The translations under genes were made by a program, and so were the position numbers. Shown here piece by piece: positions 27,334 to 37,618 of a stretch of 37,962 nt of DNA (the stretch's first letter is position 1; each line of letters starts with the position of its first letter). Location: positions 1 to 37,962 of the forward strand of contig CAZEDJ010000002.1 of assembly GCA_964511045.1 (NCBI GenBank), in the 5' to 3' direction. A model generated the notes under the pieces. That model had not been told where the DNA came from, did no database searches, and worked only from the letters and a program-made list of their open reading frames with translations. Source of the stretch: an uncultured bacterium. GTDB taxonomy: Bacteria; Aquificota; Aquificia; Desulfurobacteriales; Desulfurobacteriaceae.

Positions 27334-27944
27334 GAGAGGATTTCGTCAATTGTGATAACTTCTCCGACCCTTCCGGTTATCTCAGGTCCGGGTTTGAGGG
27401 TCTTCTTACCAGGCCTCCAGTTGGCCGGGCAGGCCTCATCCGGGTGTTCGTAGACGTACTTCCACGCATCAAGCTGCCTTAAAAGTTCATTTACGTTCCT
27501 TCCAACCGGCGGATTAAGGACTTCCTCCGCTACTATGACGCCGTCGGGATTGATGATAAACCTTCCCCTTCTCGCAATTCCCGCTTCCTCAATGTAAACG
27601 CCGTACTCCCTTGATACTTTACCGGTGGGGTCTGCTCCGAGGAGGTATTTAACGTCCTTCATCAGCGGTTCCGTCTCGCAGAAAATTTGGTGGCTAAATA
27701 CGGTGTCGGTTGAAATTGCTAAAACCTCAGCTCCCCTCTTCTTAATCTCATCGTACTTTGCTGCGACCGCAGCAAGTTCGGTCGGTCAGACGTAGGTAAA
27801 GTCTGCCGGATAGAAGCAGAGAATCAGGAACTTTCCTTCGGTGTTTGGAACGAAGTCTGAAAGCTTGACGTTAACGTAGGCTTTCTTTACCGGGTCGTAG
27901 GCCTGAATTTCAAATTCAGGTGCTTTCTGTCCTACAAGAGCCAT
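27330..27944 (-). CDS. prxU: Selenocysteine-containing peroxiredoxin (AhpC/Prx1 type, PrxU-like), 204 aa with Sec53
   Basis: ATG 27944 with GGAGGGAG RBS reads MALVGQKAPEFEIQAYDP...CFYPADFTYV-TGA-PTELAAVAAKY...AISTDTVFSHQ and continues in frame into the 110-aa ORF (GRNVNELLR, resolving EACPANW). TGA 27788-27786 occupies the peroxidatic Cys position. Confidence 0.95.
27755..27777 (-). promoter_or_regulatory. Bacterial SECIS element
   Basis: Begins 8 nt after the UGA: ACUUGCUGC-GGUC-GCAGCAAAGU, a 9-bp stem with one bulged A and a G-led 4-nt loop. Confidence 0.85.
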
Positions 27945-28028
27945 TTCTCCCTCCTTCAATTTATTATCTGTTACTATATATATGAAGCCGAAATTTTGAT
28001 GGGGCTATTCACTTTATAGGAAAATCCT

Positions 28029-28883
28029 ATGAAATCCTTTAGGATTAGGGTTAGGGAAAATCTGAGACTGATAGATGTCGTATCCTCCGTTCTCCCTTCA
28101 AAGAGGAAGGCTAAGAGATTGATAGATGAGGGACTGGTCTGTGTAAACGGAAAGAAGGAGCTTTTTTACAAGGGTTTAGTTAGGAAAAATTCATTGGTAG
28201 AGTTTTCGGTGAACGACCTTCTCTTTTCTGAGCCGAAAGTTGATGTTCTCTTTGAGGGAGGTAAAGTTTTCGTCTTTAACAAGCCACCCTTTATAAACAG
28301 CAACAGGGATAGGCCGAACCTTGAGGAAATTGTTTTTCGGCAATTAAAGAGGGAGATTAAGGTAGTTCACAGGTTGGATAAGCAGACTTCCGGGGCAATT
28401 CTCTCAACCGAGAGTGAGTCGGTTTTTGAGGAGTTTAAGGAAATTTTCAGAGAAAAGAGAGTTAAGAAGGAGTATTTGGCCGTTATTGTAGGTAACTTCA
28501 AGGACAAATTTCGTATTACTATTCCGTTGGACGGGAGAGAGGCGATAACCGAAGTTGAGGTTATTGAGAGGTTTAAAGGTGGAGCTCTCTGTAAGGTTAC
28601 GATTCCTACGGGGAGGAAGCACCAGATTAGGAGGCACCTTTCACTTATCGGCACTCCCATTGCCGGTGAATTTAAGTACTGGAGGAACTTTAAATTTCCC
28701 TATACCATTTCTCCGAGAATCATGCTTCACAGTTATAGGTTGGTTTTTCCCCTCCCTCGCTCCAAAAGGGTGGTTGAGGTAGAGGCTGAGGTCCCGAGTG
28801 ATTTTAAGTGGTTTTTAGAGGGTTTAAGGAGGGGATTTAATTTAAGAGAGGTAGAGGTCACCTCTACCTCTCGAGGAAGATAG
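28029..28883 (+). CDS. RluA-family RNA pseudouridine synthase with an S4-like N-terminus
   Basis: [13 protein letters not shown] (catalytic Asp), [22 protein letters not shown]. Confidence 0.93.
   Translation: MKSFRIRVRENLRLIDVVSSVLPSKRKAKRLIDEGLVCVNGKKELFYKGLVRKNSLVEFSVNDLLFSEPKVDVLFEGGKVFVFNKPPFINSNRDRPNLEEIVFRQLKREIKVVHRLDKQTSGAILSTESESVFEEFKEIFREKRVKKEYLAVIVGNFKDKFRITIPLDGREAITEVEVIERFKGGALCKVTIPTGRKHQIRRHLSLIGTPIAGEFKYWRNFKFPYTISPRIMLHSYRLVFPLPRSKRVVEVEAEVPSDFKWFLEGLRRGFNLREVEVTSTSRGR
28846..28872. terminator. Perfect 12-bp hairpin at the rpoD / RluA convergent overlap
   Basis: GAGAGGTAGAGG-TCA-CCTCTACCTCTC. Contains the rpoD stop and is followed on the minus strand by TTAAATTAAAT. Confidence 0.6.
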
Positions 28884-30555
28884 AAAGGTCAATATTAAGA
28901 CCGGAGTTTCTCAACTTCCTTAGAGCCTTTGACTCTATCTGTCTTATTCTCTCCCTCGTTACCTTAAGCTCCCTTCCAACCTGTTCCAATGTGTGTTCCG
29001 GATATCCGTCAAGGCCGAACCTCAGTTTTATTACGAGGGCTTCCCTTTCGTTGAGCTGGGATAGGAGCTCCGCCACCTTTTCCTTGAGGTCCTTCTTTAT
29101 TATTTCGTTTTCCGGAATGGGGCTCTTCGTGTCCTCTATGAAGTCCCTCAGTCTGCTGTCCTCGTCGTCTCCGATTGGCGTTTCCAGTGATACGGGCTCT
29201 TGGGCAAGCTGGAGGATGGAGCGAACCTTTGAAGAGGACATCCTCAGTCTCTCTGCAATCTCCTCGGGTCTCGGCTCCCTTCCCATCTCTAAGAACATCT
29301 GTCTTGAGGTCTTGATTACCTTGTTTATCGTTTCTATCATGTGGACGGGGATTCTTATCGTCCTTGCCTGGTCTGCAATTGCCCTCGTTATTGCCTGTCT
29401 TATCCACCAAGTTGCATAGGTACTGAACTTATAACCTCTCCTGTACTCAAACTTATCAACTGCCTTCATGAGGCCGATGTTTCCTTCCTGAATCAGGTCC
29501 AAGAAGTGGAGTCCCCTGTTTATGTACTTTTTAGCTATGCTAACGACGAGTCTCAGGTTGGACCTTACGAGGGTCTGTTTTGCATCCTGAGAGTCTTTCT
29601 TGTAGAAGTAGATTTTCTCTGCAAGCCTGTAAAAGGCGTTTCTCGGCATTTCAAGGTCGCTAATTAAAGATTTGTACGTCTCTTTCGTGTCCAGGTACTT
29701 TTTGACCATCTTCTTTATTTCCCTTGTTGTGTAGCGGGAAGCATCAATTTTCTCCCTTATCTCGTCGTCGTTAATCCTTGCACATATCTCCTCAATGGGG
29801 ATTCCTAAAAATGAGAGCTTTCCGCTGAGTTTCTGAAGGCTTCTCTCACTCTTCTTGAGCACTTTGTACTTTCTGTATATATCTTCTGCCAACCTTTCGT
29901 AGATGGAGTAGGATAGGGGGAGCTCCCTCAAGAGCTTATTAATTTTCGCCCACGTTTTGAGGAATTCCCTCTTGACCTGAGTGTTCTTTTTGTTCCTGTT
30001 GTACTGTTTCTGGAGCTTTTCCAACTTCGGGAGGAGCTCCTTAATTTCGTCAACTATTGCGAAGAACTTTTTCCTCCTCTGGCTCTCCCCTCCCTCGGCA
30101 AACTCGTCTGGGGACCTCATGATGTCCCTTACCTTTACCTCCCCGTTCCTTATCTTCTCCTCAATCTCCAGAATGTAGTCAAGGACTGCCCTCGTCTTCA
30201 GTAAGTACCTAACTAGGGCCTTTCTTCCGAGCTCAACTCTCTTTGCCAGTGCAATTTCCTCGTGTCTTTTGAGTAGGGAGATGTCACTCATCTCCCTGAG
30301 GTAGAGCCTTATCGGGTCGTCGGAGCGGGGCATTGTGTCTGGGGCAATTGTTATTTGGAGTTTGGAGAGGTCAACGTGCTCCTCTCCCTCTTTTGGTATA
30401 ATGTGAATATCGTACTCGTCTAACTGGGTGATTAGCTCCTCTATTAACTCTGGTGTGAGCACCTCCTCGTCCAGGTGCTCCATCAGTTCGTCAAAGGTTA
30501 TGTATCCCTTGTCCCGCCCTAATGCGATAATCTCCTCAAAGTTAGCTCTCTCCAA
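28864..30555 (-). CDS. rpoD: RNA polymerase primary sigma factor
   Basis: Region 1.1 (KGYITFDEL), [72 protein letters not shown] start with GGAGG. Confidence 0.98.
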   Translation of the reverse strand: MERANFEEIIALGRDKGYITFDELMEHLDEEVLTPELIEELITQLDEYDIHIIPKEGEEHVDLSKLQITIAPDTMPRSDDPIRLYLREMSDISLLKRHEEIALAKRVELGRKALVRYLLKTRAVLDYILEIEEKIRNGEVKVRDIMRSPDEFAEGGESQRRKKFFAIVDEIKELLPKLEKLQKQYNRNKKNTQVKREFLKTWAKINKLLRELPLSYSIYERLAEDIYRKYKVLKKSERSLQKLSGKLSFLGIPIEEICARINDDEIREKIDASRYTTREIKKMVKKYLDTKETYKSLISDLEMPRNAFYRLAEKIYFYKKDSQDAKQTLVRSNLRLVVSIAKKYINRGLHFLDLIQEGNIGLMKAVDKFEYRRGYKFSTYATWWIRQAITRAIADQARTIRIPVHMIETINKVIKTSRQMFLEMGREPRPEEIAERLRMSSSKVRSILQLAQEPVSLETPIGDDEDSRLRDFIEDTKSPIPENEIIKKDLKEKVAELLSQLNEREALVIKLRFGLDGYPEHTLEQVGRELKVTRERIRQIESKALRKLRNSGLNIDLSIFLER

Positions 30556-30565
30556 GGCTACCTCC

Positions 30566-32185
30566 TTAAGTGGTTTGGAGTCCTTCTATGGCTTCAAAGT
30601 TTCCCCTTTTGAGTTCAAGGATTACCTTTTTCAGCCTCATCTTTTCTAAGAAGTCGTTTATTTTCCTCAGTCTCCTCTCAAATTCCTTCTCCAAGACTTT
30701 CCTAACTCCCTCCTTTAACTCTTCCTCCGAAAAGTCGAAGAGTAGGATTTCGGAAATTAGGGGGGAGAGCTCCGGATACTCCGACTGGATAACTGTAGGG
30801 TTTGTTTCTTCAACTTGGGATATGAGGGAGTAAATTTTTGAGACTTCCCTTGACAGAAAGATGTTTGGTGACACCTTTACGGGAATTTTCCATCCCTCAA
30901 GGATTGCCCTTAAAAAGGCCTTTTCCCTAAAGGGTATGGGTTCCTTTTCCTCTTCGTTTTCCCTCTTTCTCGGAATCTGAACCTTCAGCCAATTTTCGTC
31001 AATTCCAAACTCTGCAGATAGCTTTGAAAAGTATTCCTTAAAGAGGAAGGGATTTGTGAACTTTAGCCCGTATATTGACGTGGCTACCTGACGCAGGAGC
31101 TCAATGTCGTTATTTGAGGATTTAACAGCTTCTATGGCCCACTCTATGTAAGGTTTCGGGTTTTCCAAGAGCTCCCTTACTATTTCCGGGTTTTTCCTTG
31201 AGAGTGAATCTGGGTCTTCCCCTTCGGGTAGTTGAACCACCATTGGCTCGCAGCCTTCTTTGAAGAAAAGTCCTGCAGACCTTATCGTGGCTTTCTTTCC
31301 GGCACTATCCCCGTCAAACATCAAAAGGGGAGAGTCTGAGTACCTCTTTATGAACCTCACGTGGTTTTCCGTAAGTGAGGTTCCCATTGGAGCAACTGCG
31401 TTCCTCACACCTATTTTGTGGAGTGAGATGACGTCAAAGTATCCCTCAACTATTACGACTTCCCTCTTTTCAATAATTTCCTTCTTTGACTGGAAGAATC
31501 CGTAGAGGATGGAGCTCTTTTTAAAGATTTCTGTTTCAGGAGTATTTATGTACTTTGGCTGTTGATTTTCGCTCAGAGCTCTCCCTGCAAATCCCACGAC
31601 GCTACCGGAGTGGCTGAATATGGGAATCACGAGCCTGTTCTTAAAGAACTCCCTGCCCCCCTTTCCCAAGAGGCCGAGGTTCTCAGCGTCCTCTCTCCTT
31701 ATGCCGAGCTCCTTCAGGTAACCTTGGGGAGCATAGCCTAAGAGAAACTTATCGGCAACTGCTTTCTCTATTCCCCTTGACTTTAAGTACTCCTCAATCG
31801 CGCTTAACTTTCTGTTGAAAAACTTTGCCGCTCTTAGTCCTGATTCCTCAAGGCTCCTAAACTTTTCGTTTTCCTTAAAGAAGTCCTTTGGCAGTTCAAC
31901 CCGGGCAATTTCTGCAACTCTCTTTACCGCTTCCCAGAAGGAGAGGTTTTCGTACTTTTGAACAAACGTTATTGCGTTTCCGCCAACTCCGCAGCCAAAA
32001 CACTTAAATATCTGTTTTTCCGGGCTTACGACGAAGGAAGGGGTTCTCTCCGAGTGAAAGGGGCAGAGGGCTACGTAGTTTCTGCCCGACCTTTTGAGGT
32101 CAACGAAGTGGGATACTACATCAACTATGTCAACCTGTGATAAGAGCTCCTGAACGATAGAGAGGGAGGCGTTAGAGCTCCCCAA
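30566..32185 (-). CDS. dnaG: DNA primase
   Basis: Zn finger CPFH...[24 protein letters not shown] and FDGDSAG, DPD. Upstream of rpoD. Confidence 0.97.
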   Translation of the reverse strand: MGSSNASLSIVQELLSQVDIVDVVSHFVDLKRSGRNYVALCPFHSERTPSFVVSPEKQIFKCFGCGVGGNAITFVQKYENLSFWEAVKRVAEIARVELPKDFFKENEKFRSLEESGLRAAKFFNRKLSAIEEYLKSRGIEKAVADKFLLGYAPQGYLKELGIRREDAENLGLLGKGGREFFKNRLVIPIFSHSGSVVGFAGRALSENQQPKYINTPETEIFKKSSILYGFFQSKKEIIEKREVVIVEGYFDVISLHKIGVRNAVAPMGTSLTENHVRFIKRYSDSPLLMFDGDSAGKKATIRSAGLFFKEGCEPMVVQLPEGEDPDSLSRKNPEIVRELLENPKPYIEWAIEAVKSSNNDIELLRQVATSIYGLKFTNPFLFKEYFSKLSAEFGIDENWLKVQIPRKRENEEEKEPIPFREKAFLRAILEGWKIPVKVSPNIFLSREVSKIYSLISQVEETNPTVIQSEYPELSPLISEILLFDFSEEELKEGVRKVLEKEFERRLRKINDFLEKMRLKKVILELKRGNFEAIEGLQTT

Positions 32186-32241
32186 TTATATCACCCCGTT
32201 TTTAATCTGCTTTAGTAAAGTTATTCGGTGTAAACTTAAAG

Positions 32242-32700
32242 TCAACTTTTCCTCCAAGTAACGATTAGAATGAGCGTTCCTAAAAATACCGAGACGTCTG
32301 CAACGTTAAATGTCGGGTAGTGGTAGGTTTTAAAGTGGAAGTCTATGAAGTCTATAACCTTTCCGCTTACGAGCCTGTCGTAGAGGTTTCCGAGAGCTCC
32401 GCCAAGTATCAGACCCAGCGAAACGGCAGTCTTCGGCCCAACACTTTTCTTAAAAACGTAGTAAACGATGTAGAGGCAAATGAGAACCGGAATGAGGATT
32501 AGAAAGACCTTTCTCAAAACGTCGTTTCCGGTTGAAAAAATGCTGAAGGCTGCTCCTCTGTTTTCGGCAATTCTCAGTGAAAGCATGCCCGGAACAAGGT
32601 CTATCGGGTGTTTGAGGTTTTGATAGGCTAAAACCTTCGTTAATCTATCGGCCAAGAATACCGACAAAGAAGTTATTATAAAGAGGAGCCTTTCAGACAT
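32242..32700 (-). CDS. lspA: Lipoprotein signal peptidase II
   Basis: NRGAAFS, GGALGNLYDR, VIDFI, FNVAD. Confidence 0.97.
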   Translation of the reverse strand: MSERLLFIITSLSVFLADRLTKVLAYQNLKHPIDLVPGMLSLRIAENRGAAFSIFSTGNDVLRKVFLILIPVLICLYIVYYVFKKSVGPKTAVSLGLILGGALGNLYDRLVSGKVIDFIDFHFKTYHYPTFNVADVSVFLGTLILIVTWRKS

Positions 32701-33273
32701 TTAAACCCTCGCAAAGTGATATACAACGTCGGATAGGCAGTGAAATATGATGGGAGCTAATAAGGAACCGCTCCTTTCAAAGAGAAATCCCATGACAAGT
32801 GAGGGAAAGAAGACCTTAAACATTTCCGGGTTGTAGTACACGAGTGCATGGGCGACGGCAAAGAGAGTGCTTGAGACGAGGTTGTTCTTTGTTAGAAAGC
32901 TGAAAAGGTTTTCATTTTCAAAGGTTGAATAGAAGAATCCCCTGAAAAAGACCTCCTCTCCTACTGCAATTCCGAGGTAGTAGGGAATGAGGAAAACGGC
33001 TTGTGATATCTGAAATTGGGACTTTTCGGGGGCTATTAAGTAGAAAAGTGGAAGAATCAGTAGAGAAAAGAACGCTCCCCATAAAAATCCTCTCTTAAAG
33101 TTTTTCAGTCCCAGTTCCTCTGGAGACTTTTTGAATATTATGACGGGAATTCCAGTAAGGAGAAGTAAGGTTATCAGCGAGGAGTACTGAGGGTAAAACC
33201 TTATGGAAATGGCAGCTGCGAGAATTACGGCAAAGTAGCTCTTGAAGTAGGAGCAACTTTTACAGTTAAGCAT
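32701..33273 (-). CDS. CPBP/Abi-family glutamic-type intramembrane protease
   Basis: EEVFFRG, FAVAH and H-x3-D (FHCLSD) motifs in a multi-TM protein. Confidence 0.9.
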   Translation of the reverse strand: MLNCKSCSYFKSYFAVILAAAISIRFYPQYSSLITLLLLTGIPVIIFKKSPEELGLKNFKRGFLWGAFFSLLILPLFYLIAPEKSQFQISQAVFLIPYYLGIAVGEEVFFRGFFYSTFENENLFSFLTKNNLVSSTLFAVAHALVYYNPEMFKVFFPSLVMGFLFERSGSLLAPIIFHCLSDVVYHFARV

Positions 33274-33294
33274 CTTCCTTCCATCGTCTATAAT
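33266..33294 (+). promoter_or_regulatory. Putative sigma70 promoter of the purS operon
   Basis: Perfect TATAAT at 33289-33294 with a weak -35 (TTAAGC) at 17 nt spacing. Confidence 0.45.
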
Positions 33295-33325
33295 TCTGTG
33301 TGAAAAAATATGCCGGGAGAGGAAA

Positions 33326-33586
33326 ATGGCGACCTATTTCGTTAAGGTTTTTATTACCTACCGTAAGGGAGTCCTTGACCCCCAAGGAGTAGCAGTGGAA
33401 AAGGCAGCTCATCAGTTGGGCTTTGAAAAGGTAAAAAATGTGAGGGTTGGAAAGTACATAACGATGGAGATAGAGGCAGAGAGCTCCGAGGAGGTAAGAA
33501 GGGAAGTGGAGGAAATGGCGAGAAAGTTTCTCGTCAACCCCGTAATTGAGGAGTACTCCTACGAGATTGAAGAGGTGAAGGAATGA
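33326..33586 (+). CDS. purS: FGAM synthase subunit PurS
   Basis: [23 protein letters not shown]. Confidence 0.97.
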   Translation: MATYFVKVFITYRKGVLDPQGVAVEKAAHQLGFEKVKNVRVGKYITMEIEAESSEEVRREVEEMARKFLVNPVIEEYSYEIEEVKE

Positions 33587-34278
33587 GGTTCGGTATTCCC
33601 GTTTATCCAGGAAGTAACTGCGACAGGGACGTTGGGTGGGTTATTGAAACCGTTTTGGGGCACGAGGCCGTTTACCTTTGGCACTCAGAGAGGGACTTGA
33701 AGGGCGTTGACTGTGTAATCATTCCCGGTGGGTTTTCCTACGGAGACTACCTCAGAGCCGGTGCAATGGCGAAGATTTCACCGATTACAGAGGCCATCTG
33801 CGACTTTGCAGAGAGGGGCGGTCTCGTTATGGGAATCTGTAACGGATTTCAGATTCTCTTGGAGGCCGGTCTCCTTCCGGGTGCTATGCTTCCGAATAAA
33901 ACTCTCAGCTTTATATGCAAATTTGTCTATCTAAAGGTGGAAAACGACCAAATTCCCTTTACTTCCCTCTATGAGAAGGGTGAGGTTTTGAGAATACCCA
34001 TAGCCCACGCCGAGGGAAACTACACGTGTCTTCCTGAGACATTGAAGGAGATAGAGGAAAACGGTCAAGTGGTTTTGAGGTATTCTTCCCCCGAGGGGCT
34101 CGTTTGCGATGAGTTTAATCCAAACGGTTCTTTAAATAACATTGCAGGGATATGCAACAAGAGGGGAAACGTTTTCGGACTGATGCCCCATCCCGAAAGG
34201 GCTTCCGAGTCCATTTTGGGTTCTGAGGACGGTTTAAGGATGTTTAAGTCCATCGTTGAAAGTGTTGTGAAGGCTTAG
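33583..34278 (+). CDS. purQ: FGAM synthase glutaminase subunit PurQ
   Basis: [34 protein letters not shown]. Confidence 0.98.
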   Translation: MRFGIPVYPGSNCDRDVGWVIETVLGHEAVYLWHSERDLKGVDCVIIPGGFSYGDYLRAGAMAKISPITEAICDFAERGGLVMGICNGFQILLEAGLLPGAMLPNKTLSFICKFVYLKVENDQIPFTSLYEKGEVLRIPIAHAEGNYTCLPETLKEIEENGQVVLRYSSPEGLVCDEFNPNGSLNNIAGICNKRGNVFGLMPHPERASESILGSEDGLRMFKSIVESVVKA

Positions 34279-34280
34279 TT

Positions 34281-35006
34281 ATGAACGATTTGCTCGTTGT
34301 AATTCCTGCAAGGTTGGGTTCTCAAAGGCTACCCAAGAAACCTCTGGTAAAAATTTGCGGAAAGTCCCTAATTCTCTGGGTGGTTGAGGCGGTTAAGCGG
34401 GTTACGGATAGTGTTCTCGTTGCTACTGATAGCACCGAGGTTTTGGAGTTAGTTGAGAGGCTTAACGTTAGGTGTAAGTTGACACCTTCAGAGCTCCCCA
34501 GCGGAACAGACAGGGTTTACTACGCCGTAAAAGATGAAAAGGTTGATTTCATCGTTAACGTTCAAGGGGATGAGCCCTTTGTTAAGAGGGAGCACATTGA
34601 GTCCGTTTACAGACTCTTAAAGTCGGGGGCACAGTTTGCCACCGTTGCAACCCCCTTTAAGGAGATGGAGGACGTTTACAATCCGGCAGCAGTTAAGGTT
34701 GTTTTGGACAGGTTCGGTAGAGCTCTCTACTTTTCAAGGAGCCCCATTCCCTTTGTTAGGGACGGGGGAGAAGACCCTAAGGTTTACTTGAAACACATCG
34801 GCGTTTACGGTTATACGAAGGGAGCTCTAAGTAGGTTCGTCCACTGGAAAAGGGGACGCTTAGAGGAGATGGAGAAACTTGAGCAGTTGAGAATACTTGA
34901 AAACGGAGAGGAAATTAGGGTTTCCGTTGTTGAAAGTGACTCTTTTGGAATAGATACGGAAGAGGACTTAAAGAGGGCAGAAAAAATCCTGTGTGGAGAG
35001 GTTTAG
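34281..35006 (+). CDS. kdsB: 3-deoxy-manno-octulosonate cytidylyltransferase
   Basis: IPARLGSQRLPKKPL, SGTDR, NVQGDEP, YFSRSPIP, EKLEQLRILE. Confidence 0.97.
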   Translation: MNDLLVVIPARLGSQRLPKKPLVKICGKSLILWVVEAVKRVTDSVLVATDSTEVLELVERLNVRCKLTPSELPSGTDRVYYAVKDEKVDFIVNVQGDEPFVKREHIESVYRLLKSGAQFATVATPFKEMEDVYNPAAVKVVLDRFGRALYFSRSPIPFVRDGGEDPKVYLKHIGVYGYTKGALSRFVHWKRGRLEEMEKLEQLRILENGEEIRVSVVESDSFGIDTEEDLKRAEKILCGEV

Positions 35007-36626
35007 ATGTCATCTAAGCTCATCTTTGTTACAGGGGGAGTTTTATCTTCTATCGGAAAGGGAATAACTGCTGCATCAATCGGAACGTTGCTTGAGAGCA
35101 GGGGGCTAAAGGTTACCATTCAAAAGCTTGACCCTTACCTCAACGTGGATGCGGGGACGATGAACCCGTACCAGCACGGAGAGGTTTACGTAACCGAGGA
35201 CGGAGCGGAGACCGACCTTGACCTCGGCCACTACGAAAGGTTTACCTCGGCGACGATGAAGAGGATTAACAACGTTACCTCCGGTCAAATCTACCAGGAG
35301 ATTATTCAGAAGGAGAGGAGAGGGGAGTTTTTAGGGGGAACGGTTCAGGTTATTCCTCACGTTACGAATCTGATAAAGGAGAAGATAAAGCAGCTGATGT
35401 CAACAGACGTTGATGTCGTTATAGTGGAGGTTGGGGGAACCGTCGGTGATATTGAGGGGCTTCCCTTCCTTGAGGCTATAAGGCAGCTTGGAACGGAGGT
35501 CGGAAAGAGTAATGCAATCTACGTTCACGTTACCTACGTTCCCTACGTTAGAACGGCGGGAGAGTTAAAGACCAAGCCGACTCAACACTCCGTTAAGGAG
35601 CTCAGGGCAATAGGCATTCAGCCAGACATTATCGTCTGTAGGGCTGAGAGGTCTATTCCACAGAGCGTAAAGAGGAAGATTGCCCTCTTTGCCAATTTAA
35701 AGGAGAGTGAGGTAATTACGGCCAAGGACCTATCCACCATCTATGAAGTTCCCCTCGTTCTCCATAAAGAGGGAATTGACAGCCTCATCATTGAAAAGCT
35801 CCACATCCCGACCTACGGGGAAACGGACCTTTCGGAGTGGAAGGAGGTTGTCGGTAGGATTAAAAAGCCAAAGGAAGGTGTTGTAAGGATAGCTTTGGTC
35901 GGGAAGTATATAGAGCTCCCCGATGCCTACAAGAGCATAGTTGAGTCCTTCGTTCATGCTGGGGCTGCAAATGATGTGAAGGTGGAAATTAAGTGGGTAA
36001 GTGCAGAGGAGTTGGACGAGAAGACACCCGAGGAGTTCCTCTCAGACGTTTATGGCATTCTCGTTCCCGGAGGCTTTGGAGAGAGGGGAGTTGAAGGAAA
36101 AATAAAGGCCGTGAGATTTGCGAGGGAGAACAAAATCCCCTTTTTCGGTATCTGTCTCGGAATGCAGTGTGCAGTAATTGAGTTTGCAAGGAACGTTGCA
36201 GGGCTTGAGGGAGCTCACAGTGCAGAGTTCAGCTCAACAACTCCCTATCCCGTTATTGACCTTATGGAGGAACAGAAGGGAATAGAGGAAAAGGGCGGAA
36301 CGATGAGGCTCGGTGCTTACCCCTGTGTTTTAAAGGAAGGAACCTTCAGCTTTTCCGCCTACGGAAAGAGAGAGATTTCGGAGAGACACAGACACAGGTA
36401 TGAGTTTAACAACAGGTTTAGACAGGTTCTTGAGGATGCAGGACTCGTTATAGCCGGAACTTCACCCGACGGAAAATTGGTTGAAATTGTTGAGATAAAG
36501 GAACATCCTTGGTTTGTTGCCGTTCAATTCCATCCAGAGTTTAAGTCAAGGCCGAGAATCCCTCATCCCCTCTTTGTTAACTTTGTTAAGGCAGCCAAGG
36601 AGTTAAGGGATAGGATTGAGAGTTGA
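35007..36626 (+). CDS. pyrG: CTP synthase
   Basis: [35 protein letters not shown]. Confidence 0.98.
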   Translation: MSSKLIFVTGGVLSSIGKGITAASIGTLLESRGLKVTIQKLDPYLNVDAGTMNPYQHGEVYVTEDGAETDLDLGHYERFTSATMKRINNVTSGQIYQEIIQKERRGEFLGGTVQVIPHVTNLIKEKIKQLMSTDVDVVIVEVGGTVGDIEGLPFLEAIRQLGTEVGKSNAIYVHVTYVPYVRTAGELKTKPTQHSVKELRAIGIQPDIIVCRAERSIPQSVKRKIALFANLKESEVITAKDLSTIYEVPLVLHKEGIDSLIIEKLHIPTYGETDLSEWKEVVGRIKKPKEGVVRIALVGKYIELPDAYKSIVESFVHAGAANDVKVEIKWVSAEELDEKTPEEFLSDVYGILVPGGFGERGVEGKIKAVRFARENKIPFFGICLGMQCAVIEFARNVAGLEGAHSAEFSSTTPYPVIDLMEEQKGIEEKGGTMRLGAYPCVLKEGTFSFSAYGKREISERHRHRYEFNNRFRQVLEDAGLVIAGTSPDGKLVEIVEIKEHPWFVAVQFHPEFKSRPRIPHPLFVNFVKAAKELRDRIES

Positions 36627-37446
36627 GGTAAGGTCTCCGGAGGAGCTGACGACTATTGGGATAGGAGCTCCCCGGAAGGTTTACATTCCGACTGATGTAG
36701 GGGAGCTTAAGCTCCTCTTAGAGGAAGGCTTTCCCGTCATCGGCGGCGGTTCCAATACCGTTTTGTCCGATGCCAGCTTGCCCCTCATCTCACTTGAAGG
36801 CTTTAGGGAGATTGAGTTAAAGGGAGATTTCCTAAGGGTAGGAGCTGGTGTAAGGCTTTCTGAAATTTTGAAGATTCAGCAACTCAAGGGGATTTCCCTC
36901 TTTGAATTTTTGGCGGGAATTCCGAGAGCAACCGTTGGAGGGCTGGTTGCACAAAACGCCGGAGCCTTTGGAAGGGAGGTCAAAGACTTTCTCTACTCTG
37001 TGGTCTATTTGAGTAGGGAGTCTGGGGAGATTTTGGAGTTGAGCAGGAGTGAAATTTTAAAGAGATTCAGATACAGAAGTTCGCCCTTTCCGGAGGCCGG
37101 AGCTATTCTCTCTGCAACGTTTAAAGTTTTTCCTAACAAAAATATCAAGAGTTTGATTGAGGAATCTGTAAAGGAGAGGTTGAAAAGGCATCCCCCATTC
37201 TTTCTAAAGACTGCAGGTTCAACCTTTAAAAATCCCAAGGGAATTCCTGCCGGAAAACTCCTTGATGAGTGTGGGTTGAGGGGATTTCGGCTCGGTAGTT
37301 TAAGGTTTTCGGAGCTCCACGCCAACTTTCTCATAAATGAGGGGGGAGCTCCCTACTGCGAATTTTCGGAAATCGTAAGCTATGCTAAGGAAAGGGTAAA
37401 AAAGCTAAAAGGAATAACACTTGATTTAGAGGTAAGGGTGGTATAG
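36616..37446 (+). CDS. murB: UDP-N-acetylmuramate dehydrogenase
   Basis: [10 protein letters not shown]...[30 protein letters not shown]. Confidence 0.93.
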   Translation: MRVEVRSPEELTTIGIGAPRKVYIPTDVGELKLLLEEGFPVIGGGSNTVLSDASLPLISLEGFREIELKGDFLRVGAGVRLSEILKIQQLKGISLFEFLAGIPRATVGGLVAQNAGAFGREVKDFLYSVVYLSRESGEILELSRSEILKRFRYRSSPFPEAGAILSATFKVFPNKNIKSLIEESVKERLKRHPPFFLKTAGSTFKNPKGIPAGKLLDECGLRGFRLGSLRFSELHANFLINEGGAPYCEFSEIVSYAKERVKKLKGITLDLEVRVV

Positions 37447-37462
37447 GGAGGAGCTCCCTATA
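37442..37462. terminator. Perfect 9-bp hairpin joining two convergent stop codons
   Basis: TATAGGGAG-GAG-CTCCCTATA. The left arm holds the murB TAG and the right arm holds the TAG of the 49-aa ORF. Confidence 0.55.
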
Positions 37463-37607
37463 ACCACATGAAGAAGGATTGTGAATACCAGTGGACGAAC
37501 TTCACGAACCAAACTCCCAAGATTGGAAGAAGGAGGATTGAGAGAACCGCTGCCAAAACTATCCAGGCTTCCTTCTCTATATCCCTTGAACTAACTTCCC
37601 TTGCCAT
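37458..37607 (-). CDS. Small single-pass membrane protein (49 aa), absent from the ORF track
   Basis: AAGGAGGTAGGTA-ATG, then MAREVSSRDIEKEAWIVLAAVLSILLLPILGVWFVKFVHWYSQSFFMWL*. Starts 11 nt after the cytochrome stop and fills the gap to murB. Confidence 0.82.
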   Translation of the reverse strand: MAREVSSRDIEKEAWIVLAAVLSILLLPILGVWFVKFVHWYSQSFFMWL

Positions 37608-37618
37608 TACCTACCTCC

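Noticed and set aside
27330-27662. 110-aa ORF as a complete gene, or the peroxiredoxin as a pseudogene
   Set aside because: The upstream frame is intact with an RBS. The only stop is a UGA at the catalytic position followed by a SECIS-like hairpin, and selA is present.
27945-28028. PerR/Fur box upstream of the peroxiredoxin
   Set aside because: The region is AT-rich, but I could not find a convincing inverted repeat matching either consensus.
29009-29410. Alternative-frame and antisense ORFs inside rpoD, and similar shadow ORFs in selA, nuo, pyrG and the RND gene
   Set aside because: They are fully nested in conserved genes, show no recognisable motifs, and are expected by-products of codon bias.
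32185-32197. TGATATAAT (perfect extended -10) immediately before dnaG
   Set aside because: It overlaps the TTG start itself and there is no in-frame ATG/GTG just downstream. GGGGTGA is better explained as the RBS.
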